64,000 nucleotides of DNA from Bacteriovoracaceae bacterium. Lineage in GTDB: Bacteria > Bdellovibrionota > Bacteriovoracia > Bacteriovoracales > Bacteriovoracaceae. The stretch lies in NCBI GenBank assembly GCA_965217035.1, contig OZ244226.1, forward strand, positions 186,001-250,000, in the 5' to 3' direction. Shown piece after piece: positions 9,872-19,852 of the stretch. Within the stretch, counting starts at the first letter, position 1; the number at the start of each line of letters is the position of its first letter. Under the pieces are notes generated by a model, which was not told the origin of the DNA, did not search any database, and worked only from the letters and a program-made list of their open reading frames with translations. The position numbers and the translations under genes are program-made.

Positions 9872-11320
9872 ATGCTCTTACGAAGAAATGAGCCCATTAC
9901 CAAAAATTATGATGTCATCGTGATTGGCAGTGGCCTGGCTGGGCTGACGGCAGCTAATAAACTTGCAAAAGATGGACATTCCGTTCTTCTTCTAGAGGCT
10001 CATAATAAACTTGGTGGTTTCGCGACTTGGTTTTACCGAGCACAAAAAAAACATATTTTTGATGTTTCTCTTCATGGCTTTCCAGTCGGGATGAAAAAAA
10101 CCTGCCGAAAGTATTGGAATAAAGAGATCGCTGATTCGATTATTCAAGTCAAAGATATGAGATTTCACAATCCTCAGTTTCAATTGCAAACTGATTTCAC
10201 TAAAGAGGATTATAAAAAGAAACTCATTGAACATTTTCAGGTTGATTCTCAAACGGTTGAAGATTTTTTTGAATTTCTAAGGAAAATGAATTTTTATGAT
10301 GATCAGTCGATGACCAACCAAGAACTTTTTGAAAAATTCTTTCCTGGTCGTGAAGATATTATTCGCTTTCTCTTAGAGCCTATTAGTTACGCAAATGGAT
10401 CAACTCTTGAAGATCCCGCTGTCAGCTACGGAATTGTTTTTTCCAACTTTATGGATAAAGGAATTTTTACCTTTCAAGGAGGGACAGATCGCCTGATAAA
10501 AATGATGCGCGATGAACTTCTCAATAATAATGTCGATATAAAAATGAATTGCAAAGTCGACGAAATTATCATTGAAGATGGAAAAACCAAGGGAGTAAAA
10601 ATTGATGACACTCCCATCTGGGCAAAATCAGTTCTCAGCAATGCCAATATAAAAGCAACAATCGAGCATCTTTGTAGGAATCATTCGTTCAACTCTGAAT
10701 ATTTAGAAAAGAACAAAGCAACTCGCTTGAATTCTTCTAGCTGCCAAGTTTATATCGCTTTAAAAGAAGGAGAAACAATACCTCATATAGGAGAACTCGT
10801 TTTTACCTCTACTGCAAATAAATTCAGTACTGAACAACTCCTTTCAATGGATATTAAGTCCAGGACTTTTTCAATTTATTATCCAGAAATTCGTCCTCAA
10901 GATGAAGTACCAAGGTACTCTATTGTCTCTAGTACTAATGCTCGTTATGAGGACTGGATTAACCTCGACGAAGAGACTTATAAAGCTGAAAAAAAGAAAA
11001 TGATTGAGGAAACAATCATTTGCCTTGAAAAATACCTACCTAATATTCGTGAAAAAATAGACTTCCTAGACGCTGCAACTCCCAAGACTGTTCAACGCTA
11101 TACCCTTCACCCTCAAGGAACTTCTTTTGGAACCAAGTTTGAAGGACTAGAGGTAAGTATGAAACTCCATGAACAAGTTGAAGGGCTTTTTCATGCAGGT
11201 TCTGTTGGAATTATTATGTCGGGCTGGCTAGGAGCAGCTAATTACGGGATTATTCAAGCAAACCAAATTGAATCATATTTTTATAATCAAGCACAAAAGG
11301 ATAATCATGTTACAGTTTGA
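9872..11320 (+). CDS. Phytoene-desaturase (CrtI)-fold FAD oxidoreductase #1
   Basis: VIVIGSGLAGL, EAHNKLGG, FDVSLHGF, ATPKTVQRYT, C-terminal GSVG..MSGWLGA. Confidence 0.85.
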   Translation: MLLRRNEPITKNYDVIVIGSGLAGLTAANKLAKDGHSVLLLEAHNKLGGFATWFYRAQKKHIFDVSLHGFPVGMKKTCRKYWNKEIADSIIQVKDMRFHNPQFQLQTDFTKEDYKKKLIEHFQVDSQTVEDFFEFLRKMNFYDDQSMTNQELFEKFFPGREDIIRFLLEPISYANGSTLEDPAVSYGIVFSNFMDKGIFTFQGGTDRLIKMMRDELLNNNVDIKMNCKVDEIIIEDGKTKGVKIDDTPIWAKSVLSNANIKATIEHLCRNHSFNSEYLEKNKATRLNSSSCQVYIALKEGETIPHIGELVFTSTANKFSTEQLLSMDIKSRTFSIYYPEIRPQDEVPRYSIVSSTNARYEDWINLDEETYKAEKKKMIEETIICLEKYLPNIREKIDFLDAATPKTVQRYTLHPQGTSFGTKFEGLEVSMKLHEQVEGLFHAGSVGIIMSGWLGAANYGIIQANQIESYFYNQAQKDNHVTV

Positions 11321-12047
11321 TTTCAAAGATCAAGTTGCCGTTGTCACAGGAGGAACTCGAGGAATAGGAAAAGCGATTACTCATCGTTTTCTTGAAGCAG
11401 GGGCCACTGTTTATGCCATCTACCGTTCAAACGAAGAAGCAGCTAATAAATTTAAAGAAGAACTCGGCCCGCTCGCTGAAAACTTGAAACTCGCTAAACT
11501 TGATGTCTGTGATTATAGTGCTTGCGAAGCCTTTTTTAATGATCTTGGAGATCAAGACATTCAAATTCTTGTGAATAACTCTGGAATCCGCCGAGATAAT
11601 CTCCTTCTTATGATGAAAGAAGACGAATGGGATAATGTCCTTACAACAAATTTGAAAGGGACATTTAATATGACTAAGTTTGCAACAAATCGTTTTCTTA
11701 AAAATCGTTATGGACGAATCATTAATATGAGTTCTATCGCGGGAGTTTTAGGTCTTCCGGGACAAACGAATTATTCGGCTTCTAAGGCTGGCCAAGTGGC
11801 CTTCGCGAAATCATTGAGTAAGGAAGTCGCAAAAAGGAATATTACTGTTAATAATATTGCTCCTGGTTTTGTTGAAACTGAACTCATCGACGATCTCCCT
11901 GAAGCTCAGGTTGCCGAGTACAAGAAAACAGTTCCGATGAAAAGATTTGGGACATCAAAAGAAATTGCTGACGCTGTTCTCTTTCTCGCTTCTAAAGAAG
12001 CTGGTTATATTACGGGAACGACAATTGAGATTACGGGAGGACTTTAA
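11307..12047 (+). CDS. fabG: 3-oxoacyl-ACP reductase
   Basis: TGGTRGIG, NNSGI, YSASK catalytic motif, PGFVET. Confidence 0.9.
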   Translation: MLQFDFKDQVAVVTGGTRGIGKAITHRFLEAGATVYAIYRSNEEAANKFKEELGPLAENLKLAKLDVCDYSACEAFFNDLGDQDIQILVNNSGIRRDNLLLMMKEDEWDNVLTTNLKGTFNMTKFATNRFLKNRYGRIINMSSIAGVLGLPGQTNYSASKAGQVAFAKSLSKEVAKRNITVNNIAPGFVETELIDDLPEAQVAEYKKTVPMKRFGTSKEIADAVLFLASKEAGYITGTTIEITGGL

Positions 12048-12454
12048 TGGATCCCAAAGAAATTCTTCCTCATCGAGAACCTTTCTTTTTTATCGATAAA
12101 GTTCTTGATCAAACAGAAGACTCTATTACCGCCGAAATCACTTTTGATGAAAAACGCCATGAGTTTTTAAAAGGACATTTTCCTGAAAATCCAGTAGTCC
12201 CAGGAGTCATTCTTTGCGAAGCTCTTTTTCAAACCGGCGCTCTTCTTATGAGAAAAGAGTCAGATAATCTCCCTGTGGTGACACGTATTCAGGGAGCAAA
12301 ATTTAAAAATATCGCTCGACCAAATGAAAAACTTCAACTTCAAATAAAGCTAAATGAAAAACTTGCAAACGCTTATTATATTAAAGGCAAGGTAGCTTCA
12401 GAAAAAGGAACCATCGCAACAGTCGATTTTGCCTGTGCTCTAATCGAGGAATAA
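12047..12454 (+). CDS. fabZ: 3-hydroxyacyl-ACP dehydratase (FabZ family)
   Basis: LPHREPF, GHFPENPVVPGVILCEA (His/Glu dyad). Confidence 0.85.
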   Translation: MDPKEILPHREPFFFIDKVLDQTEDSITAEITFDEKRHEFLKGHFPENPVVPGVILCEALFQTGALLMRKESDNLPVVTRIQGAKFKNIARPNEKLQLQIKLNEKLANAYYIKGKVASEKGTIATVDFACALIEE

Positions 12455-13242
12455 TGAGTTTTTTAAATCTCAATAATAAAAAATTTCTTATAACTGGAAT
12501 CAATAATAAAAAAAGCGTTGCTTTCTTTGTTGCTAAAACACTTCAAGACGAAGGAGCTAATCTAATTATTAGTGTCCAGAATGAAAAGCAACTTGAGTTC
12601 GTAAAAGAAAAATACCCAAAGGCCCTCACATACCTTTGTGACCTTCAAAGCACAGAGGCTATTCAAGGTATGGCAAATGATCTTAAGGGAAAAAATATTG
12701 AACTCAATGGACTACTCCATTCGGTTGCCTTTGCTCGTTTCACGGCCCCCGAATTTCATAATACTGGTTTCGAAGAATACCAAGAAGCTATAAGAATTAG
12801 TTCTTATTCCCTGATCGAACTTAGTCGAGAATTAAAATCTCTCTTTCATCAAAATGCCTCGGTCGTAACCATTTCAATATCAAGCTTGAGAGCAACCTCA
12901 TACGGTTATATGGGACCTATAAAAGCGATGCTTTCAAGTTCCGTTGATTTTCTTGCAAAATCCTTTTCACAGGATACTCAAATCAGATTTAATGCCGTTG
13001 CTGCAGGCCCTTTAAAAACAGCTGCTTCTGCTGGAATCCCTGGCTATCTTGAGAACTATTTGTATTCGGAACAATTGACTCTAAGAAAACAAGGTCTTAA
13101 AACTCAAGAAGTTGCTAATACTGCATGTTATTTGCTTTCTGACCGATCTTCTGGAATCAATGCGACATCAGTAACTGTTGATGCCGGAATGAATGTGAAT
13201 TATTTTGATGAAAAGGTTGTTGAGGCTTACACGAATCTTTAA
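12454..13242 (+). CDS. fabI: Enoyl-ACP reductase (FabI family)
   Basis: LITGINNKKSVA, LHSVAFA, YGYMGPIK (Y-x6-K), AGPLKTAAS. Confidence 0.85.
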   Translation: MSFLNLNNKKFLITGINNKKSVAFFVAKTLQDEGANLIISVQNEKQLEFVKEKYPKALTYLCDLQSTEAIQGMANDLKGKNIELNGLLHSVAFARFTAPEFHNTGFEEYQEAIRISSYSLIELSRELKSLFHQNASVVTISISSLRATSYGYMGPIKAMLSSSVDFLAKSFSQDTQIRFNAVAAGPLKTAASAGIPGYLENYLYSEQLTLRKQGLKTQEVANTACYLLSDRSSGINATSVTVDAGMNVNYFDEKVVEAYTNL

Positions 13243-14831
13243 TAGTAAAAATTAAACTTCACCTGTCCAACTCCTCCATCTAAACGAAAATCAGAAGTTC
13301 CTTGCCCACTCCCTGCCCCTACACCATCAATCGTATCAACTTCATTTGTGAAGAAGAACTCTTGCGTATGCCATGAAAAACTAAGAACAAGATCTAAGGC
13401 TTCAGTAAACTTATAACCAGCATTAAAGGTTACCGTGTTGATACTATTCCCTTCAGAATTACGGAGATTATAGACATAATCATCTTCAAGCTCAGGACTT
13501 ATCGCAAAAAGAAAATCAACCCAATAAGTCCAATTTCCTTCAGTATAATAATAAAGATCTAATCTCCAATCAAAACCTGTACTCCTTAGAGGCATTTCAT
13601 AACGAGTGTCTTCAATTTGATCAGGAATAAGAACAAACGATCTTAAGTTAAATAATCCTAGTCCTGCACTTATTCCAAACTTTCCAAACCTCCAAGGCTC
13701 AGATTGATAATAAAGCCTAATTTTTCGATAGAAAAAACTATCCTTCGCTGATGTATAACTTTCATTCGCAATATGAAAACCCCATTCTCCATTCCATTGA
13801 TAACCAATCGAAGCCGCTAATCGGATTGTCGGCATGGTAATATCAATAACAGATCCCGAACGGAATAACCCTGAAGTCCCAGAATAAGGTGATCCAGGCC
13901 CCCAGCCGGCCGTAAGTTCAAGATGCCATTTTCTTAGCTCCCTTGCTTTCTGTCTATCAGATCCAAGATATCGTATTGTATAACCATCATAATAGAACTC
14001 AAGTATCGCAGGATAGGAGTCGAGGTATCCTTTCTCTTTAGCAGAAACCTCTAACTTATACTCACCTTTCTTAAATTTCTTTCTATTGAGTTTGAATGTA
14101 TTTTTTTTATAAATTTGTTTGTCGAGAATTCTTTTTAAAATACCTTTCTTATTTTTAAAAAGCTTAAAACTATAATGGACAGAATTCTTCTCATGACTGA
14201 AGTTGAGTTGAATGACTTTATCTTTTTTAACAACTCTTGACGTCGGTGAAGAAAGCGCCTTACCAAGAACAGTAAACTTCCAAGGTTTTGTAGCAACTCC
14301 AATTTTTTCTTGAATAATTGCGGCCACTGACCACTTATAAGACTGAGCAGGCACGAGTTTTAGGATTTTATTAGTCCCCTTCACTCGATCTGAGAAAACA
14401 ATACCTCCATCCATCTCTGTAACTGTTAATTGATAGAACTTAAGGCCTTCAATCTTTTCCCAAACAAAGCTTATAGGAACCTTCTTTGTCCCTTTTATAT
14501 TGGGAATTTCTTCTTTTTTAAGAGGACGATAACGTGTGATCTTTGTAACATCAACAGCAACCTCAATGGCATCACTCCAATCACCAGGAACGCCTCTATT
14601 ATCAACGGTACGGATTTTTATTTCATACTGACCTGGAATGACTTTCTTTTTATATTTTGGTTTTTTGGTTTGAAAGATTCCTAAAGGGTATTCATCTTCT
14701 CCTTGGATTCTCGTAACTTCAAGTTCATATTCTTTAGCACCTTCAACTCCTTCCCATTCAAGATCAATCCACTTCGCTGCCCATGTAGGAATGCTTATAA
14801 AAATGAATAGAAAACTTATTATTAATTTCAT
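13239..14831 (-). CDS. Secreted FN3/Ig-like repeat protein with C-terminal outer-membrane beta-barrel
   Basis: Signal peptide; LEWEGVEGAKEYELEV...PGDWS FN3 pattern; aromatic-rich barrel ending VKFNFYY. Confidence 0.65.
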   Translation of the reverse strand: MKLIISFLFIFISIPTWAAKWIDLEWEGVEGAKEYELEVTRIQGEDEYPLGIFQTKKPKYKKKVIPGQYEIKIRTVDNRGVPGDWSDAIEVAVDVTKITRYRPLKKEEIPNIKGTKKVPISFVWEKIEGLKFYQLTVTEMDGGIVFSDRVKGTNKILKLVPAQSYKWSVAAIIQEKIGVATKPWKFTVLGKALSSPTSRVVKKDKVIQLNFSHEKNSVHYSFKLFKNKKGILKRILDKQIYKKNTFKLNRKKFKKGEYKLEVSAKEKGYLDSYPAILEFYYDGYTIRYLGSDRQKARELRKWHLELTAGWGPGSPYSGTSGLFRSGSVIDITMPTIRLAASIGYQWNGEWGFHIANESYTSAKDSFFYRKIRLYYQSEPWRFGKFGISAGLGLFNLRSFVLIPDQIEDTRYEMPLRSTGFDWRLDLYYYTEGNWTYWVDFLFAISPELEDDYVYNLRNSEGNSINTVTFNAGYKFTEALDLVLSFSWHTQEFFFTNEVDTIDGVGAGSGQGTSDFRLDGGVGQVKFNFYY

Positions 14832-17017
14832 TTTACTTTAATCTTTTTTAACTTTGGAGCTGCAATATTACTTTTTTCAGGAACAACGAGTTCTACTCCT
14901 TCCCCATATTCAGTTTTTCTATCAAAATTATCGATTCCAATCGGTTCTACATTGTATTTCCCTGGAAGAAGTTTATCGATCTGAAAAGATCTTTGTTTCG
15001 AACTCTTTTTAAAGACAGTCGCACCTCTAAGATCCTTGATTCGAATTCCATATTTTTTAATATTTTCTGTTTCTTTGACCTGAATTCGAATCGAACCAAC
15101 AGGAGCTCGAAGAAAATCTTTATTCTTCGGTAAAATAATCTCAGGAGGATCTAATTGTTTGGCAAGACTGATAAGAATATCTTCAGTATTTGATCGACTA
15201 ATCAATTTATTGAACTGATCATAAGCAAGAACTCGGATTTTATATTTCCCAGGTTTTTCAAGAAGTACACTATAAGAATTCCGACTCACTGTTTTGTTAA
15301 AATTAAAGCCTTTATCGTTCCAGATTCTAAATTTATATTCCCCCTTAAAATTCTCACTAACTTTTCCCCATTCAAATTTAATGAAGTTATCACCGGTGAA
15401 GAAATATTTATTTTTAAGATTGAAAAAATTTAGCTTCGGAAGTTTTTCGAGACTAAAACGACGGAGGTTTGAAAACTTCGACTTTTTTCCTTTCCTATCA
15501 ACACTTGCAACTCGCCAAAAATAATTTCCAAGTTTTTTCAACTTCAGAGAGACTCGATTTTTACGAGTCTTTCTTGTAAGAACTTCCTTTCCACTCCGCT
15601 CAAGTCTAAATACGTATTCTCGAACTCCTTTGATTTTTTCCCATTCAAAATCATATTGTGTATTTTTCTGTGCAAAAACTTTATAATTAGCCTCAGGGAA
15701 AATAAGTTTTGGAGGGAAGAGATCTTTTACGGTTAATTTAAAATCTCTGACCTCACTAATAACTTGTTCTCCACTGGGATAAGTTGATTTCACTCTCCAA
15801 AAAAATCTTCCAGAAGAAAGAGGCTTCCGTATTTGAAAACTTAATCCTTCGACTTTTTCATCACGGATAAGATTTTTAAACTTAGAATCTTTTGCTATCT
15901 GAAAGTCAAAAACCTTTAGACCTTTTGAAGCCGACCAAAGAAACGAGAGATCAAAATTCGTTTTTAAAACTTCAATTTCTTTAGAAAGATTAGGTTCAAG
16001 GAGCACTGGTTTTCTAAGAAGTGATAAAGTATTTTTAAATATAGGAGATTTTAACCCTTTCTGACTTTTATCATTCGAAATAGCTTCAAGGCGCCAATAA
16101 AAAGTTCCCTCTCCAAGAGGAAAGTCGACTTCACCTTTCTCCGGGGAAAGAGGTGGGATATTTATAGGACTTAACTGCTTTTTAGTCATTCCTCTTAAAA
16201 CTCGAATGGCATATTTCCCTTGAAAAGGAACCCAACGGATCTTTAAAGGACTTCCCTCTTTTAGAAAAACAGTATCTCCAAAGCTAGGGTAAGTAACTTT
16301 TAGGCTAAGGTTTTCTCTTTTGATATCTTTCGAGACAATCGCTGACATCCCTTTTTTAAGATCAACCTTCTTACCAGCAGATTCTGCTACGGCCTGCCCC
16401 TTAAGGACATTAACTTCAAAGTCACTTCCGGCCCTTTTACTAATACTGAGTTGACCAGAACTTAAAGAAACCGTCTTATCTCCTGATTTTAATTCAATTT
16501 CGGAGCCTCCAGTATCAGCCTCTGACTTTTCGACGAAAAGACTTCCTTCAAGTACATTTAAAGAAAACTTTTCTTTTTGTTGTTCAATAACAACCATCGA
16601 GTCTGGATCAATATCAATTGATGATCCATTCTCAGTAAACTGAACTTTGGCAGAAGAACCTTTTCCTGTTCGAATCATTTCTCCTTGATAAAGATCATCA
16701 CCAACCTCTAAGTATTGCCACTGAACACCGTTGGAACTTTTCTTTTCTACCAACTCAATTTTTTCAACGAGGTTCGCAATAGGTTTCAAACCAGCATTTT
16801 GATTTTGAAAAGATGTGGGTTTTAAAAATAAGAAACTGACAGCAATGCCCATGGCACTAATCACCAAAGCTGAAAAATATCTCCAGATTTTTATCGAGGC
16901 ATTCATATATTTGTCTATCTTACTGTAATTTCTAGGTTTTATTATAGATGATTCCGACAAGCTCTTTCTTAAAAGGGGTGATTTTTCCTTTCCTGACTCT
17001 TTTAATTTTTTATTCAT
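14828..17017 (-). CDS. FecR-domain protein with multiple FN3/Ig-like repeats
   Basis: N-terminal TM helix; GDDLYQGEMIRTGKGSSAKVQF..GS.I.IDPDS FecR pattern; repeated YFWRV/FFWRV Ig modules; real start probably ATG 16906. Confidence 0.8.
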   Translation of the reverse strand: MNKKLKESGKEKSPLLRKSLSESSIIKPRNYSKIDKYMNASIKIWRYFSALVISAMGIAVSFLFLKPTSFQNQNAGLKPIANLVEKIELVEKKSSNGVQWQYLEVGDDLYQGEMIRTGKGSSAKVQFTENGSSIDIDPDSMVVIEQQKEKFSLNVLEGSLFVEKSEADTGGSEIELKSGDKTVSLSSGQLSISKRAGSDFEVNVLKGQAVAESAGKKVDLKKGMSAIVSKDIKRENLSLKVTYPSFGDTVFLKEGSPLKIRWVPFQGKYAIRVLRGMTKKQLSPINIPPLSPEKGEVDFPLGEGTFYWRLEAISNDKSQKGLKSPIFKNTLSLLRKPVLLEPNLSKEIEVLKTNFDLSFLWSASKGLKVFDFQIAKDSKFKNLIRDEKVEGLSFQIRKPLSSGRFFWRVKSTYPSGEQVISEVRDFKLTVKDLFPPKLIFPEANYKVFAQKNTQYDFEWEKIKGVREYVFRLERSGKEVLTRKTRKNRVSLKLKKLGNYFWRVASVDRKGKKSKFSNLRRFSLEKLPKLNFFNLKNKYFFTGDNFIKFEWGKVSENFKGEYKFRIWNDKGFNFNKTVSRNSYSVLLEKPGKYKIRVLAYDQFNKLISRSNTEDILISLAKQLDPPEIILPKNKDFLRAPVGSIRIQVKETENIKKYGIRIKDLRGATVFKKSSKQRSFQIDKLLPGKYNVEPIGIDNFDRKTEYGEGVELVVPEKSNIAAPKLKKIKVK

Positions 17018-17029
17018 AAATTCCGATCA
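17003..17029 (+). promoter_or_regulatory. Possible sigma28-like promoter for the HAMP cyclase
   Basis: TAAT-N15-TCCGATCA ending 9 nt before ATG 17039. Confidence 0.35.
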
Positions 17030-17038
17030 AAAATTGAG

Positions 17039-18913
17039 ATGATAAAATTCAAAATACCTCTTTTGATCAAACTGGTTCTACTCACAGGAATACTGCTTGT
17101 GGTTTCCAGTCTCTATATCGCTAAACAGAATAGCGACCTGTTTTCTATGGTATCTTTTGAAAGAGAAGAAGAACATAATCTTAATCTCGCAAAGTCTCTC
17201 TCACAAGGATTAAAGGCATCTCTTAATGGTTTGGTTGATAGAACCAAAGCCTTTTCACTTGAAGCGGTTCAAGTTTCTAAGGAGCGTGATCTTCAAGGAC
17301 TTAAAATCCTCACAGAAAAACTCAAGCAAAGTACAAATGTACATTTACTCAATATCTACTCTCGTGAATCGGGAGATTTTAAAAGTATTCAGAAAATTTC
17401 TAATCCTATCTTAAACGCTCAACAAAAAGAAAAATTGTTTGATGTCGATTGGGAAGCTAAAAAGAGTCTCTTGGTTCGCTCTCTTCAGGGCGAGGTTATC
17501 TTAGAGAAGTTTTCTGAAAAAAAAGAAGATCCTTACGTTATCATCTCAATTCCCATCGTTAAATCAAGCGATGCCTTTACTCATTTTGTTATGGCCCTCG
17601 TTCATACCAGTTATTTTGGGAAATTTCTTGATTCTTATAAAAACAATGAAGTTTTTATTACTGACTCATCTGGGAAACCTTTATCTTCCTCTCAAGAAGA
17701 GTTTTTACAAGAAGGTTTTCTTAATGCCAAACCAACTGTTGATGTTTCTATAAAAAAAGAAAATATCGAGATCATGACGAAAAGATATCAGGACAAAGAG
17801 AATAACGAGTACATTTTGAGTATGTCGAAGGCTACACTGGGCGTTTATATTTTCTCAAATTTGTCATCCCAAATGATTAATCAACCCGCTCTCTTTATTA
17901 CTCAGCAAGGCCGGTTTACATTAGGTCTCGTTATCTCCGTTGCTTTCTTTTTTATTTTTCTTTTCTCTTCTAGTATTACTTCACCTATTGAACTTCTTGA
18001 AAACCTTTTCAAAGAAGTTTCGACGGGAAATTTTGAGGTAAGAGCTTCCGATAAAATCAAGTCTCGAGATGAAGTTGGCGCCCTGGCAAAAAGCTTCGAT
18101 GAAATGACTAGTGGCTTGCGAGAGAGAGAAAAAATGAGAAACCTCTTTGATAAACTTCATGGTTCTTCTATTACAGATGAACTTTTAAACTCATCAATGA
18201 GCCCGTCTGGGACAAGTAAAGAAGTTGTCGTTTTCTTCAGTGATATCCGAGGATTTACCGATTATAGTGAAAAGCATACAGCAGAAGAAGTTGTTGAAAT
18301 GCTCAACTCATATTTCGAAGTTATGGTTGCTATTATCAACAAACATAACGGGGTTGTTGATAAGTTTATTGGGGATGCAATTGTTGCTGTCTGGGGAGTT
18401 CCAGAAAAAAGTGATCGTGATTGCCATGATGCGATTACGGCCTGTATGGAAATGAGAAAGGCCTTGGTTGATTATAACGAGGCCCGAATAGCTAAGGGTG
18501 AAATTCCCATTAAAACCGGTGCCGGTTTAAACTTTGGACGGGCAATTTCAGGAACGATTGGATCTTCAGAAAGAATGGAGTTTACCGTGATTGGTGACAC
18601 AGTTAATACTGCTGCTCGAATTGAAGCCTCTACTAAAGGTTTCGGGACTGATCTTCTTATCTCACAAACGATAGTCGATGAAATTAAAGATGAATTCATT
18701 ATTGATACTGCTGGGCATATTAAAGCAAAAGGAAAAGCAGAGCCTATTCCTCTTTATAATGTTCTAGGCTTTATTGATGAAGATGGTATTGAACATATCA
18801 TAAAAACACCTTATTCAAGCTATACCGCGGAGGATGATTCTGGAGGGAAAACTAAAAAAGTTGAAGTTCCAGAAGATGCGCCACCACTTCCCGCTATTCC
18901 TAATGAAAAATAA
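17039..18913 (+). CDS. Membrane class III adenylate cyclase (periplasmic sensor + HAMP)
   Basis: 2 TM helices, HAMP (SRDEVGALAKSFDEM), FSDIRGFT, DKFIGDA, FTVIGDTVNTAARIE. Confidence 0.92.
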   Translation: MIKFKIPLLIKLVLLTGILLVVSSLYIAKQNSDLFSMVSFEREEEHNLNLAKSLSQGLKASLNGLVDRTKAFSLEAVQVSKERDLQGLKILTEKLKQSTNVHLLNIYSRESGDFKSIQKISNPILNAQQKEKLFDVDWEAKKSLLVRSLQGEVILEKFSEKKEDPYVIISIPIVKSSDAFTHFVMALVHTSYFGKFLDSYKNNEVFITDSSGKPLSSSQEEFLQEGFLNAKPTVDVSIKKENIEIMTKRYQDKENNEYILSMSKATLGVYIFSNLSSQMINQPALFITQQGRFTLGLVISVAFFFIFLFSSSITSPIELLENLFKEVSTGNFEVRASDKIKSRDEVGALAKSFDEMTSGLREREKMRNLFDKLHGSSITDELLNSSMSPSGTSKEVVVFFSDIRGFTDYSEKHTAEEVVEMLNSYFEVMVAIINKHNGVVDKFIGDAIVAVWGVPEKSDRDCHDAITACMEMRKALVDYNEARIAKGEIPIKTGAGLNFGRAISGTIGSSERMEFTVIGDTVNTAARIEASTKGFGTDLLISQTIVDEIKDEFIIDTAGHIKAKGKAEPIPLYNVLGFIDEDGIEHIIKTPYSSYTAEDDSGGKTKKVEVPEDAPPLPAIPNEK

Positions 18914-19852
18914 TTAAAAATTTAAATTTTTCTCTGCTTTTTCATGAGAGAAATAATGGTCTGTTGAAAGCTGAAGACAAACAAATCGAGTCATCGGTGG
19001 TTCTTTTGAACTCGGAAGAAATTTATAAACGAACTCACAAAGAAAACCTAAAAAATAACAAATTCGTTGATTAATCTTTTTCTTAATAGGTTTTTGTCCA
19101 GCATTTAATAACATTTGGTTAATAAAATCCCAGAGAACGACTGGCTCTTTATCCCCTATAAAATAGGCTTCCCCAAAAAGATCAGATTTTTTAATCATAC
19201 TCTTAAGAGCATCAAGATGCGCCTTCGCTGCTGTTGCAACATGAGTCACATCAACTTTATTTTTCCCTTCTCCGATAATCAGAAGCTTTCCTTTTTTATT
19301 CTTCTCAATCAATCTTGGAAGAATATGAGGATCTCCTGGTCCATAAATTAAATGAGGTCTTAGAGCGACTGTTTGCATTTTTTCGCCAGGTATAGAAAGA
19401 ACTTCAGACTCTGCTAAACTTTTTGTATAAGCATAATGAGTGAGAAACTTTTTAGGGTATTGAAGTGATTCATCACCATTAGAAATTGATTTCCTACCAA
19501 AAACAACACTTGGAGTAGAAGTGTAGACAAAATACCTTACCTTATTATTAAGAGCTGCATTAAGAAGGTTTCGAGTTCCTAAAGTGTTAATAGAAAAATA
19601 CTCTTCTAGATCTCCCCAAATTCCAGCCTTAGCAGCGGTATGAATGATAGCATCAAATTGATGAGTCTCAAAAAAGGAATTCACATCTAAGGCATTTCGA
19701 ATATCTAATTTATATTGAGCAAGATTAAATTCTTCGAGTTCAGGATAATGATTCCTCCCTACTCCATGAATCTCTCCCATTTTTGATTCAATCAGCTGTT
19801 TACAGATTTCTTTTCCAAGAAATCCTCCAGCTCCTGTGACGAGAATTTTCAT
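18914..19852 (-). CDS. oleD: OleD-like 2-alkyl-3-oxoalkanoate reductase (extended SDR)
   Basis: TGAGGFLG, HTAAKAGIWG, YTSTPSV, YAYTK, LRPHLIYGPGD; follows oleABC. Confidence 0.8.
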   Translation of the reverse strand: MKILVTGAGGFLGKEICKQLIESKMGEIHGVGRNHYPELEEFNLAQYKLDIRNALDVNSFFETHQFDAIIHTAAKAGIWGDLEEYFSINTLGTRNLLNAALNNKVRYFVYTSTPSVVFGRKSISNGDESLQYPKKFLTHYAYTKSLAESEVLSIPGEKMQTVALRPHLIYGPGDPHILPRLIEKNKKGKLLIIGEGKNKVDVTHVATAAKAHLDALKSMIKKSDLFGEAYFIGDKEPVVLWDFINQMLLNAGQKPIKKKINQRICYFLGFLCEFVYKFLPSSKEPPMTRFVCLQLSTDHYFSHEKAEKNLNF

